Source of the DNA: Mytilus californianus
Taxonomy: Eukaryota
DNA: 64,000 nt
Reading direction: 5' to 3'
Assembly (NCBI RefSeq): GCF_021869535.1
Contig: NW_026262626.1
Location: forward strand, 27,218,001-27,282,000
This document shows, in pieces, positions 1 through 11,031 of this stretch; positions within the stretch are counted from its first letter, which is position 1, and each line of letters opens with the position of its first letter. The notes beneath the pieces were generated by a model. It was not told where the DNA came from. It did not search any database and saw only the letters and a list, made by a program, of their open reading frames with translations. Position numbers and translations under genes: made by a program.

Positions 1-1709
1 TTTACTATACAATTTGTTGACTTAAAACAACACGATGCAACGTGTTAAGCTAAGATGCTCACTTGAAACTACACGGCGTACAGTTGAAATTTTGTAATAT
101 TAAGCTACGATAGCACGATGTTATATCATTATAATGACACAATAGGCTTATTATACAATTTGCTCATTTAAAACTACATAACGTACAGTTGAAAGTACGT
201 GATGTTAAGCTAAGATGGCACGTTGTTATATCATGAGAATGTCACGAAAGGCTTACCACACGAGATGCTCGTTTAAAACTACACGGCGTACAGTTGAAAG
301 TACGTGATGTTGAGCTATGATAGCAATATCTTATGTCATATTAATATCACGATAGGCTTGCCATACAATATGCTCATTTAAAACTACACGACGTACAGAT
401 GAAAGTACGTGTTGTTCAGCTAAGACAGCACGATGTTACATCATTATAATGTCACGACAGGCTTGTTATACAATTTGCTCATTTAAAATTACACCACGTA
501 CAGCTGAAAGTACGTGATGTTAAGCTAAGATGGCACGTTGTTATATCATTAGAATGTCACGATAGGCTTACCATACGATATGCTCATTTAAAACTACATG
601 ACTTTCAGTTGAAACTAGGTGATGTTAATCTAAGATAGCATGTTGTTATATCATTCGAATGTCACGATAGGCTTACCATACAATATGCTCATTTAAAACT
701 GCACAACGTACAGTTGAAAGTATGTGATGTTGAGCTATGATAGCACGATTTTATATCATAATAATATCACGATAGGCTTGCCATACAATATGCTCATTCA
801 AAACTACACGACGTACAGTTGAAAGTACGTGTTGTTGAGCTAAGATAGCACGATGTTATATCATTATGACGTTACGAGAGGCTTATCATACAATGTGTTG
901 ACTTGAAACTACACAATGTAAATTTGAAGTAGTTTGGTCTTGACTTAAAACAGTAAAATGTTAAGCTATAAAAACAGAACGTAAAGTCAAAATAAAACAA
1001 TGATAGGATGACATATACTTGTGCAGAATTGAAGATTTTTGGTGTTGACCTCGAATATAGTACAAATATTAGATCGTTTTATGTTAAATTGAAAGAAAAT
1101 AATGATGCGTAAAACATTACAGAATTATGTGAATTGAAACTGAAATCTATGGAAAAGAATGAGGGACAAATCCCCAGGATTTTTTCTTCTTCATTTGCAA
1201 GTTCGGAGGCAAAATGATATACAAAGAAAGTTTTTCATAAATTCATAAAGCAAAAGAATTACCAATCGCTATATATTACACTTGAATACAGTTTTGCCGT
1301 ATATTTTACATGTTTTGTTTGGATCTTTTTTTATGATTAAAAACCAGACTTTTTTTATGAACAATATTTAAGAAAATATTTATCTATGTTGTGTGTTAAT
1401 ACATACAATATAATATTGTGCTTATAAGACTTATGACTGTGAGGGTAAAATTTTACTCATATAAAATCACATCTATGTAAGAGTTATCGGAGAATTTGTA
1501 TTTACCACTCCCGTTTTCCCCGAAATAAAACATAAGAATCTGGAGTCTTAATCTTAAAAAACAAAGATCAACTGATATGACAAATAATACGCTAAAGCGT
1601 AGGACTGAGAGGGTCAGAGCTATATGAGAATGTGACCCCCAACCCCCGGCCTTGTTAGAGGTATCTGAAAATTTGAATTTTCTTTTCCACGAAATAAAAC
1701 AAAAAGAAT
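1..1709 (+). repeat. Left arm of a long inverted repeat (continues upstream of the window)
   Basis: Bases 1-75 are the exact reverse complement of 5943-6017. Matching continues with only scattered differences to the inner ends at about 1709 and 4329. Diagnostic variants pair up: 331-345 with about 5690-5703, and 601-624 with 5401-5424. Confidence 0.95.
50..915 (+). repeat. Tandem array with a 105-bp unit built from five diverged 21-bp monomers
   Basis: The anchor GAAA(G/T/C) ends at 90, 195, 300, 405, 510, 615, 720 and 825, exactly 105 apart. One unit parses as tatgctcattcaaaactacac / gacgtacagttgaaagtacgt / gttgttgagctaagatagcac / gatgttatatcattatgacgt / tacgagaggcttatcatacaa. Confidence 0.93.
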
Positions 1710-2553
1710 TGATTAGGTGGAAGAATCCTACTGCATGGGGCCAACCCAAACATAAAGTATGGTAGATTCTGTTGTATAATTTTCGCTCATACATGAAGTC
1801 TATATGAAACCTAATGAAATTTGACCTAGAGCCTCCAGTCTAAATCGTCGACTTTAAAAAAAAAATACATCATTTACAGCAGTGCCAACCATTTTTCCAG
1901 CACCAAGTAAGATAGTGCCCAGGTTTATGTATATATCCACTCGGAGAATATTTCATTTTTTTAAATTGGTAAAGTCATTAATGGACAATGACCCCTATAA
2001 CTTATAATAATAAGCCAATTAATGATTTTCGTCACTTATTTTCTTGTCCAAATTGATTTTCTTGGTTCTTTGCAGCTTCTCTCTATCTATATGTGTTTTC
2101 AAAGAAAAAGAAAAAAAATCAAAAATCTGTAAAAATTGTTAAAGTCCATGAATTATTTTGGTATTGCTTTGATTAATTTGTAGATTTGTTTTTTTGATGT
2201 CAACAGTTTCTCTCTCGCTCTCTCTCTTATAGTTTTCATGAGTTTGGTCAAAATTAAAATCGGTAGATTTTTTTTTAATTATTTGCCAAAATGTAGTTTA
2301 TTCTTTTTTGAAAAACATAATAAAAAGTTTGGGTCACAGAGCATTTTGCAAGCTACAGGTTATGCAGTATTGTCAGATTTTGTATAAACTATACATGGAA
2401 AACTCAATGTTAGAAAATAAAAATAAAAATTGGGATCACGAGACTCGTTTTCTGTCTACAAAACAAAATAGATAAAGGCCCTACACATTCCATCATTAGA
2501 GACGAAATATGCCAAAGGGATTTCAAACTCATAAGTCGAAAACAGACTGACAA

Positions 2554-2725
2554 TACACCTTATCGCTATTTGTCCGCCATTACTGGACATCACACAAGTT
2601 CCCGTAAAATTTTGACGTCATAATAGAAAATGTCTGACGCCACAATGGAAAAGTGATTGTTGTATGACGTCAAAAGTTCGAGCGGGACAGATTCTCGGGT
2701 CAAGCGGGAATAGCGATAAGGTGTA
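2554..2725. mobile_element. 172-bp MITE-like element with perfect terminal inverted repeats, inserted at an A^T step in a family-B repeat fragment
   Basis: ATACACCTTATCGCTATT (2553-2570) and AATAGCGATAAGGTGTAT (2709-2726) are a perfect 18-bp inverted pair. Removing the element restores ...actgacaatgccatgg, matching the family-B copy at 23715-23729 (actgacaacgccatgg). Confidence 0.88.
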
Positions 2726-2766
2726 TGCCATGGAAAAAAAGAAAAAAAATAACGACAAAAAATAAT

Positions 2767-2920
2767 GTTATCCGAGTTATCTCCCCTATATGGAAAAGTT
2801 GAAAAACATGCAAAAAACGTTCTGTATTCAAAAACATTTTTTTTTTTAGTTATCCGAGTTATCTACCCTATATGGAAAAGTTGAAAAACATATGCAAAAA
2901 ACGTTCTGTATTCAAAAACA
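2767..2920 (+). repeat. Two-copy tandem duplication, period about 82 bp
   Basis: gttatccgagttatct(c/a)ccctatatggaaaagttgaaaaaca...gttctgtattcaaaaaca occurs at 2767-2836 and 2849-2920. Confidence 0.9.
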
Positions 2921-3065
2921 AATAGTCGTTTTAATCAAATAAATCTCATAATTTTCTTCATCAAGATGAAAAGTACTACATATGAATAACATTCCTCTCT
3001 CAAAATGTGTATATTATATTTTTTTTAGATCTAGACCGATTGTGTTGAGCTATATGAGAATCTAA

Positions 3066-3358
3066 GGGAGCTACCATGTGATTTTTAGGGGGGTGGGGGG
3101 GGGGGGGGGTGCTAGGATGAAAAATTTTGACCTGCCTTTTTTTTAGTTGTAATCTCTGTCCTGCGTTTTTATTTTTCACTCTATTCGGTCCTGCATTTTT
3201 TTTTTTTTTTTTATTCTGACTTTTTTTTTCATAAATTATCAACCTGCCTTTTTTTTGCCAAGTTGCTCATCCTGCCTTTTTTTTTACTCAAAACTCCTGT
3301 CCTGCCTTTTTTTACAAATTTCATCCTAGCCCCGAATAAAAATCAAATGGTAGCTCCC
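3066..3358. mobile_element. 293-bp MITE, PIF/Harbinger (Tourist)-like
   Basis: TIRs GGGAGCTACCATGTGATTTTT / AAAAATCAAATGGTAGCTCCC (1 mismatch), with TAA on both sides (3063-3065, 3359-3361). GGG...CCC termini plus a TAA duplication are typical of Harbinger-type elements. The interior has a G-run and several CCTGC-T(n) repeats. Confidence 0.8.
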
Positions 3359-3540
3359 TAAGATGGCGGAAGACACCCGATCTACCCTAAGGGCAATATA
3401 TCTAATGAGGAAGAAATTTACAATTTACTTGTAGATCTCCTTTTGTTGAAAAGGGTTTCTGTTTTCATTTATCTATCTATTATACTGTTCAGGATGAGGG
3501 GAGAATCGAAAAAACAAATACACAAAAATGGATAAAAGAA

Positions 3541-3770
3541 GGCGAAAGATACAAAAGGGATAGTAAAAATCTTAACCAAACAGACAATGTCATGACAAAA
3601 ACTCATCAGCCGAAATAAACAAGAGAAAAAAGATCAAAAGCCAAACAACAGTATATTAAGAGCAATATATAGAAAACCAAAAACTGAGCAACACGAAACC
3701 CTAAAAAAAGGGGTAATCTCAGGTGCTCCAGAAGGGTAAGCAGATCCTGTTTCAAATGTGGCACCCGTCA
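3541..3770 (-). repeat. Family-B repeat (3' end of the Penelope-like element seen at 23660-24335)
   Basis: ggcgaaagatacaaaaggga...ctcaggtgctccagaagggtaagcagatcctg...tgtggcacccgtc aligns with 23668-23881. Confidence 0.85.
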
Positions 3771-3921
3771 CTTGGCGATTTTGTAAATAAAGAAGGAATG
3801 TTTTATAATTTTCGAGGAACTCCCAAAAAACATGAATAACAGGGTGTCAAATCGATGAACGTGCTTAGAATAGGCTCCTTTTCATAAAAAAGAATTGATG
3901 AAAATGTATTTGTATTTAGTG

Positions 3922-4360
3922 TACAGTGGCAAATATTACATGCATATAAGGACGAGAATATGTAAGTGTGATATGAATATGAATCTTGGCTCTCTGTACA
4001 AGACATATTTTGCTTGCTTAGCCGAATTTTTAACAAACTAGTTGACAAACCGTCCCTGACAATCTATGGAAATCCAAATAGCATCGGTTTTGATTAAGTC
4101 CAGTTTTTTTGGTGTTATTTCGGGGAAAAAGGATGCGTTTTACGTACAGTGGCAAATATTACATGCATAACAGGACGAGAACATGTAAGTGTGATATGAA
4201 TATGAATAAACCCTGCTTTGTTACAAGACATACTTTACTTGCCTAGCCAAATTTTCAACGAACTAGTCGACAAACCGTCTCTGACATTCTATTGGAATCG
4301 TAATCGCATCGCTTTTGATTAAGTCCAGATTCTTTTGTTTTATTTCGTGGAAAAGAAAAT
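3922..4360 (+). repeat. Two-copy tandem duplication of about 220 bp abutting the inner end of the right IR arm
   Basis: gtacagtggcaaatattacatgcat...gattaagtccag...ttatttcg(g/t)ggaaaa starts at about 3922 and about 4143. Confidence 0.88.
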
Positions 4361-6017
4361 TCCACAAATTTTCAGATACCTCTAACAAGCCCGGGGGGGG
4401 GTAAATTCCGATATAGCTCTGACCCTCTCAGTCCTACGCTAAGCGTATTATTTGTCATATCAGTTCATCTTTGTTTTTTCAGATTCTTATGTTCTATTTC
4501 GTGGAAAACGGGAGTGGTAAATACAAATTCTCCACTAACTCTTACATAGATGTGATTTTATATGAGTAAAATTTTACCCTCACAGTCAGAAGTCTTATAA
4601 GCACAATATTATATTGTATGTATTAACACACAACATAGATAAATATTTTCTTAAATATTGTTCATAAAAAAGTCTGGTTTTTAATTATAAAAAAAGATCC
4701 AAACAAAACATGTAAAATATACGGCAAAACTGTATTAAAGTGTATTAAATATATAGCGATGGGTAATTCTTTTGCTTTATGAATTTATGAAAAACTTTCT
4801 TTGTATATCATTTTGCCTCCGAACTTGCAAATGAAGAAGAAAAATCCTGGGGATTTGTCCCTCATTCTTTTCCATAGAATTGCAGTTTCAATTCACATAA
4901 TTCTGTAATGTTTTACGCATCATTATTTTCTTTCAATTTAACATAAAACGATCTAATATTTGTACTATATTCGAGGTCAACACCAAAAATCTTCAATTCT
5001 GCACAAGTATATGTCATCCTATCATTGTTTTATTTTGACTTTACGTTCTGTTTTTATAGCTTAACATTTTACTGTTTTAAGTCAAGACCAAACTACTTCA
5101 AATTTACATTGTGTAGTTTCAAGTCAACACATTGTATGATAAGCCTCTCGTAACGTCATAATGATATAACATCGTGCTATCTTAGCTCAACAACACGTAC
5201 TTTCAACTGTACGTCGTGTAGTTTTGAATGAGCATATTGTATGGCAAGCCTATCGTGATATTATTATGATATAACATCGTGTTATCATAGCTCAACATCA
5301 CATTCTTTCAACTGTACGTTGTGTAGTTTTAAATGAGCATATTGTATGGTAAGCCTATCGTGACATTCAAATGATATAACAACATGCTATCTTAGATTAA
5401 CATCACCTAGTTTCAACTGAAAGTCATGTAGTTTTAAATGTGCATATCGTATGGTAAGCCTATCGTGACATTCTAATGATATAACAACATACTATCTTAG
5501 CTTAACATCAAGTACTTTCAGCTGTACGTGGTGTAATTTTAAATGAGCAAATTGTATAACAAGCCTGTCGTGACATTATAATGATGTAACATCGTGCTGT
5601 CTTAGCTGAACAACACGTACTTTCAACTGTACGTCGTGTAGTTTTAAATGAGCATATTGTATGGCAAGCCTATCGTGATATTATTATGACATAAGATATT
5701 GCTATCATAGCTCAACATCACGTACTTTCAACTGTACGACGTGTAGTTTTAAACGAGCATCTCGTGTGGTAAGCCTATCGTGACATTCTCATGATATAAC
5801 AACGTGCCATCTTAGCTTAACATCACGTACTTTCAACTGTACGTTATGTAGTTTTAAATGAGCAAATTGTATAATAAGCCTATTGTGTCATTATAATGAT
5901 ATAACATCGTGCTATCGTAGCTTAACATTACAAAATGTACGTCGTGTAGTTTCAAGTGAGCATCTTAGCTTAACACGTTGCATCGTGTTGTTTTAAGTCA
6001 ACAAATTGTATAGTAAA
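4329..6017 (-). repeat. Right arm of the long inverted repeat (degenerate 21-mers continue to about 6500)
   Basis: Reverse complement of 1-1709. The spacer between arms is about 2.6 kb (1710-4328). Confidence 0.95.
5108..5965 (-). repeat. Inverted copy of the 105-bp (5 x 21) array
   Basis: The anchor TTTCA starts at 5201, 5306, 5411, 5516, 5621, 5726 and 5831 (period 105). Confidence 0.93.
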
Positions 6018-6549
6018 CCTTTCGTTTCAATATAGTGGTGTAGCATCGTGTTATCTTAACTTAACATCATGTACTTTCAACTGTGCATCATGGTGTTTTA
6101 AATCAACATATTGCATGATAGACCAATCGTAATATCACAATGATATAACACCGTACTATCTCAGCTCAACATTTATTAATAACAAGTCAGCACCATACAT
6201 TTTAGCTATTCATTTTATTTGTTATCATAGCTATCGAAGTGGACGACTGAGCAGTATACATCTGCAAGCTAACATCATGCAACGTCAACTTCACATCATG
6301 TACTTTAAACCCAACGTTACGTGTGTTTGGCATATCATCACAACATCGTGACTTATCATTATACTTTCACGACTAAAGCACTTGTCATTGCAAGTCAACA
6401 TTGAGCAAATTCAACTTAGCATATTGTAATTTAGAGTAAGTATTTTGATGACTCAATTCAACATCACGCTGTCTTAACTTTACATTTTAAGCTTCAGCAT
6501 AACGTTTTGTAAATCTCTAATATATGACAGCTGAGGCTTTCCATATTCA

Positions 6550-8200
6550 AACATGTATATTTATTGTAAAGCTACATTTTATGCATTGCAAGGGTTTACT
6601 GACTTGAGCAAAGTTGACAGTTGTACCCTTTGATAAACAAGTGAAAGATAAATGGTGAAGATTTAATTATAACGACCTATGCATATGGTATCAAACATCT
6701 GTGTCTAGATATTCACAGAGAGATATTTTAAAATAGTGCTGTGGCTTATACATAATCAGTTATAGTGGGCTTTGGGATTTGATTTGTAACAATGAAATCA
6801 TTATGCATACTTGTCATTTTGACAAATCTGTTTCAAATGAAAATAAAACAAGTAAAATATTAAAAGACTATTCGTTAATATACATTTTTTTACAACTTTT
6901 ACTGTTTCCTTTTTACAGTATTCTCTATCAATTAAGTTATCTTGTAAGCTAATTAAATGTTTATTTAATTCATTGATGTCACTATTATTACTTATATTAT
7001 TCACACACTGTAAATTAATACTCTTAAATTCATGTGTGTTTTGGATGTGCACTAGTGATTGGTAAATCTGTGGTTTTAATATACGTGACTTAACATCAAG
7101 AATTCCATTATGATGGAATCGATCACATTTGTACACTTCGGTTTCTAAATAGAGGGTGGTAAAAAAAGGGGGGGTCTGCATGTGGTCACTTTTTAGAGTC
7201 CTCTAGTTGCATACGATTTATCATAGTAATACAATAGGCTATTAATAAATATCTTGGGACCAGTTAATTAGTTTATAATTTAAAACAATATCTGGGCTGA
7301 CTTTGAATTAGTCCCGGTTTACTTTTTAATCAAATGCGGGACAAGCACGAGAGAATAAGAGTACCGACACGAGAACGGAAAATAATTAAGGGAAAACACG
7401 AAGCACGCACGTCGAACCAAACACGAGAAAACGAGAAATAAAACATCGAAACACGAAATCACGTGAAATAAAAAGGCCGAAAACGTTGCACGAAATAACC
7501 CTTTACCACCCTCTAAATAGGTCATACTAGATGTTGATGGTCAATTTCGTTTGCTAGGTTAAAGAAATCTTCAACTTGCTCTAATTTGCTTGTGAAGATC
7601 ATAAAACAGTCATCCCTATTGACAGTGTAATTTGATGTTTTCTCTCCATTGGAACTTATCTAAGATTTTAATGAATAGGACAGATAGATGCAGATCTGTG
7701 CACGTTGGTGAAAATATACCACCCATGGGCGCTCCTGTAATGTGTTTGTATAACAGTCCATTTAACTCAAATTCATTGTTTCTAAAAATTAATTTAACAA
7801 ATACAGTTAAATCTATTTTGTTGAGAATCTTTAAAGTATATTCTCCCGTGTGTCAATTAATTCTAATGCATTGATAACAGTTTCTTCTAAATTATCAATG
7901 ATCATATTTGTGTACCTTGACGTACATCATAGGCAATAAGAATGCATTCTTTTTTGACCTTGTGTGACTCTATTTTATTAATGGAATCTATTGATCTTGA
8001 ATGTAAAAGTTATGCCTCTTCAATAATGGTTTTATAATTAGATCAAGTAAGTATCTCTCGCGGGAGAGTTGCATTTATTGATGATTGGTCGGTAACCATA
8101 TCCAGAAATCAACGCCACTTTGCTTATTTGAATATTATACAAAAAAATTTCGGATACGGGTCACGGAAATTATATTGAAATGATAGGGAATTTTGAAAAA
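6550..8200 (-). mobile_element. Degenerate Penelope-like retroelement (RT with downstream linker; Penelope/Neptune-type layout)
   Basis: Minus-strand translation, broken by stops and frameshifts, gives ordered RT motifs: YRPIINKCNSP, KPLLKRHNFYIQD, LIAYDV, LIFRNNEFELNGLLYKHITGAPMGGIFSPTCTDL, DDCFMI and TYLETEVYKCDRFHHNGILDVK, then a CxxC (YNCQLC) near 6600. Confidence 0.8.
7151..7514. mobile_element. 364-bp MITE with 13-bp TIRs and a 4-bp AAAT target duplication
   Basis: AGAGGGTGGTAAA (7151-7163) / TTTACCACCCTCT (7502-7514), with AAAT at 7147-7150 and 7515-7518. Removing the element plus one AAAT rejoins the Penelope frame MTYL|ETEVYK. An AWWT duplication resembles Sola1, but the superfamily is not established. 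Confidence 0.9.
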
Positions 8201-10210
8201 CAAAATGTCTGTTTTAACTTTGATTTAAGTGATAGACAGGTTGCGGGGACAGAAAATACATATACACAACAATATACACCATTTAAACGAAACATAATGA
8301 CTGTCGTTGCAAAAATCAAGGTTCCTGATCATGAGCTATTTAAAAATCGAAGCGAGAGGCTTTTAACATTGCAGTATAAAATACAGGCTAAAATGGCTGA
8401 AACGTCAAATTTGCAAACTTCGTGTTGAAAATTGGCTAACAAGGTCATTACAAAAACAGGTAGCCGGGGTGAAAATTGAATGTCCAAAGAATAAGCAAGT
8501 CCAAACCTTGTAGTCGTTGAACTCTAGGTTCCCACGTAAAGTTAAAAGGGCCCTATTTAAAGAAGAGTAAACTCACGAAAACACGAAAAATTCATTAACT
8601 TCGCGTTCATTGTTTTGATTTTGACAGCCTGACAACTTTACGGAAATATCAGAGTGATTAGAAACAAGGACTCTGTGACGGGCAACTTATAATATCCGTG
8701 TTTTAAAGATTTTAATGATATCAAGCCAGTCCAGTTCAAACTATTATCACGTGGTACAATTCTCATTTACATATTATGAATATTAATTAGCAAAAGTACT
8801 ACTAATTTCTGGCTATGCGAACATTAATGTGTCCTGCTAGCTGACCAGTTCGCAATGCCTCATTACTTATTTCTAGATTAATTTTATGAATTTTTGGAAG
8901 AAGGTACATCTGTCCCTCATGTTTTGAATCATTATTATTCTTTAAGAAATTAAACGTCTGGGAATCTATTTTTTTTCCTCATTGCTTTATATTTAACACT
9001 TCTCTCAACATGCCAAAAATTTAATGATTTACAATAAAAAGAAAATATTATCTTCCACACACATGACCATGCAAACACTGATATATAATTTTTTATTCAG
9101 TTGAATTAATAATTAGAATAAAAAAGTTCTAAGGTTCACAAATCTTTTTTTTTTTAAAAAGCAACTTGTTTATTCTTTTACAGAGAAAAGCCTTGTTCCT
9201 GGCCTGAGTTAATATTTGTGATTAACATTACTCTTTGTTACTCCCCTTTGTACAGAATATTACATAGATTTGACCCCGTTCCCCATGAGAATTAACTTTC
9301 ATGGTTTGATACTATTGATATCTGTCAATTCTGAACTTTTGGTATGCAAGATTGAGTTACTGAAAGGCTTTTCAGCCTTTCATGTCTACAGACCGTTTGC
9401 GTGTAAGCATTCTCAGGACAGAACGGGACCATTTTGATTAAATTTTCAGTGATTTACACACTGGTACTTATTATTTAAATATTTTGTATCCTTGTTAATT
9501 TACTGGTCCTGAAACTGACAACTAGCTTTAAAAAAAGTCTGGCTACACTTTTGTTCTCCCGTGATTGAAACGACCACTATCATCAAGTCGGGCTAGTTAC
9601 ATTTTGTCCGTTGCTCTGTTCCACCTTTATTCTTTGTATAACCCTAGACTTATTTACATGTAGTAGCTTTTACTCTAAAGCCAACTATAAAGATAGATTG
9701 GGATTGTTCTTCATATTTGAGTTAGAATTAAATATAATGAGAGACATTGTATCCTAGATGCAGCTTGATGCTTGTGATATGAAACCGATAAGATAAATAA
9801 TTTACTGAACTTCATCGAGAACACTTGAATTTGTGACTTCTCTGGTAAACTCCATCAATAACCTTAAATTGGTACACTGCCAGGTCCTGTCCTGTCTCGT
9901 GATGGTTGTAAACCGGACTTGTTTACATGGTGGTATAGATAGTCGGATACTATGAAAGTATGACTGCAGTCAAGGTCAAAGGTTAGAATCTAGTGGGTTA
10001 TAAGAGCAGACTAGTCACTCTTTATCAACTGTTTGAATAAGGTCCTAGAAGCTACTTATGACAGTGGAGGTATGGATATTATAACCATCAGATATATTAT
10101 GTCTTGAACACACAGGTTTAAAAAAATTATAAACTGGTGGCATAAGCCGGTAAATAATATACCTATAAAACTTTAAAATATTCTAAAGACGGGCTCAACT
10201 ATATTTGTGA

Positions 10211-10660
10211 CTACAGTATAGATTCAATCATCGAATCTTAGCTACAAACCGATTTCTTCATAAAATTAAGATTTATAATATTCCAAATTGTACATTTTGT
10301 AATAGAGAAATTGAAACATTAGAACATTTATTTTGGGGATGTGAACATACACAATTATTATTAGAACAGATTGAAAATTGGTTTCTGACCAATGGAATTA
10401 GTGTACTTTTTACAAAAGAAGTTTTTTTGTTTGGTAACATTGCAAAAATATCAAAAGGCAATGCAGAAAATACTCTTTTTCTTACCATAAAGCAATATGT
10501 TTATAATACCAGATGTTTAAAAAAAAAAAAACTGTCAATAAACTCAGTAAAAGAGAAGATGAAATATGTGTATGCAATTGACAAAAATATTGCTATGAAA
10601 AACAAATGTGAACATCATTTTCTCAGAGAATGGAATATTTTTGATAGATTACTTAGTTAA
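10211..10660 (+). mobile_element. 3' end of an L1/Tx1-type LINE ORF2 (zf-RVT region), 5'-truncated and inactive
   Basis: Reads LQYRFNHRILATNRFLHKIKIYNIPNCTFCNREIETLEHLFWGC...FLFGN...LTIKQYVYNTR...FLREW to TAA at 10658-10660. An in-frame TGA at 10208-10210 sits where a Trp is usual. Confidence 0.85.
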
Positions 10661-11031
10661 GTACAAAAATGTATATACTTTACATTTAATATTATACATG
10701 TTATAAATGAAAATGCTGTATTTACTATACTAAAATAGAATTCAATGTCTAGATGAATAAAGATGTATTCATTAGATAATATTATTAATCGTATTATTTT
10801 AGCGATTCGTGATTCGTTAAAACTTGATCACATGTTGTTTTGTATTTACTCAGGCTGCACGCTAATTCTGCTATATTTAGCGTTTCGTAGGTCAAAAACA
10901 GCATATTGCACAGAGCATACAGCATGTTACTAAAAATACATTTAAAAAAATCCCCAATTGTCGTCACATGTTCTTCTCGGCCAATCAAAACGACTTCCTG
11001 TGTAGACAGTTTGCAGGAGTTGCAGACAATC

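Noticed and set aside
50-915. CRISPR-like appearance of the periodic array
   Set aside because: There are no unique spacers (every segment recurs in each unit), no cas genes, and the context is eukaryotic with introns.
5108-5965. Possible repetitive protein (21 bp = 7 codons, 105 bp = 35 codons)
   Set aside because: Every frame checked on both strands hits a stop within about one unit.
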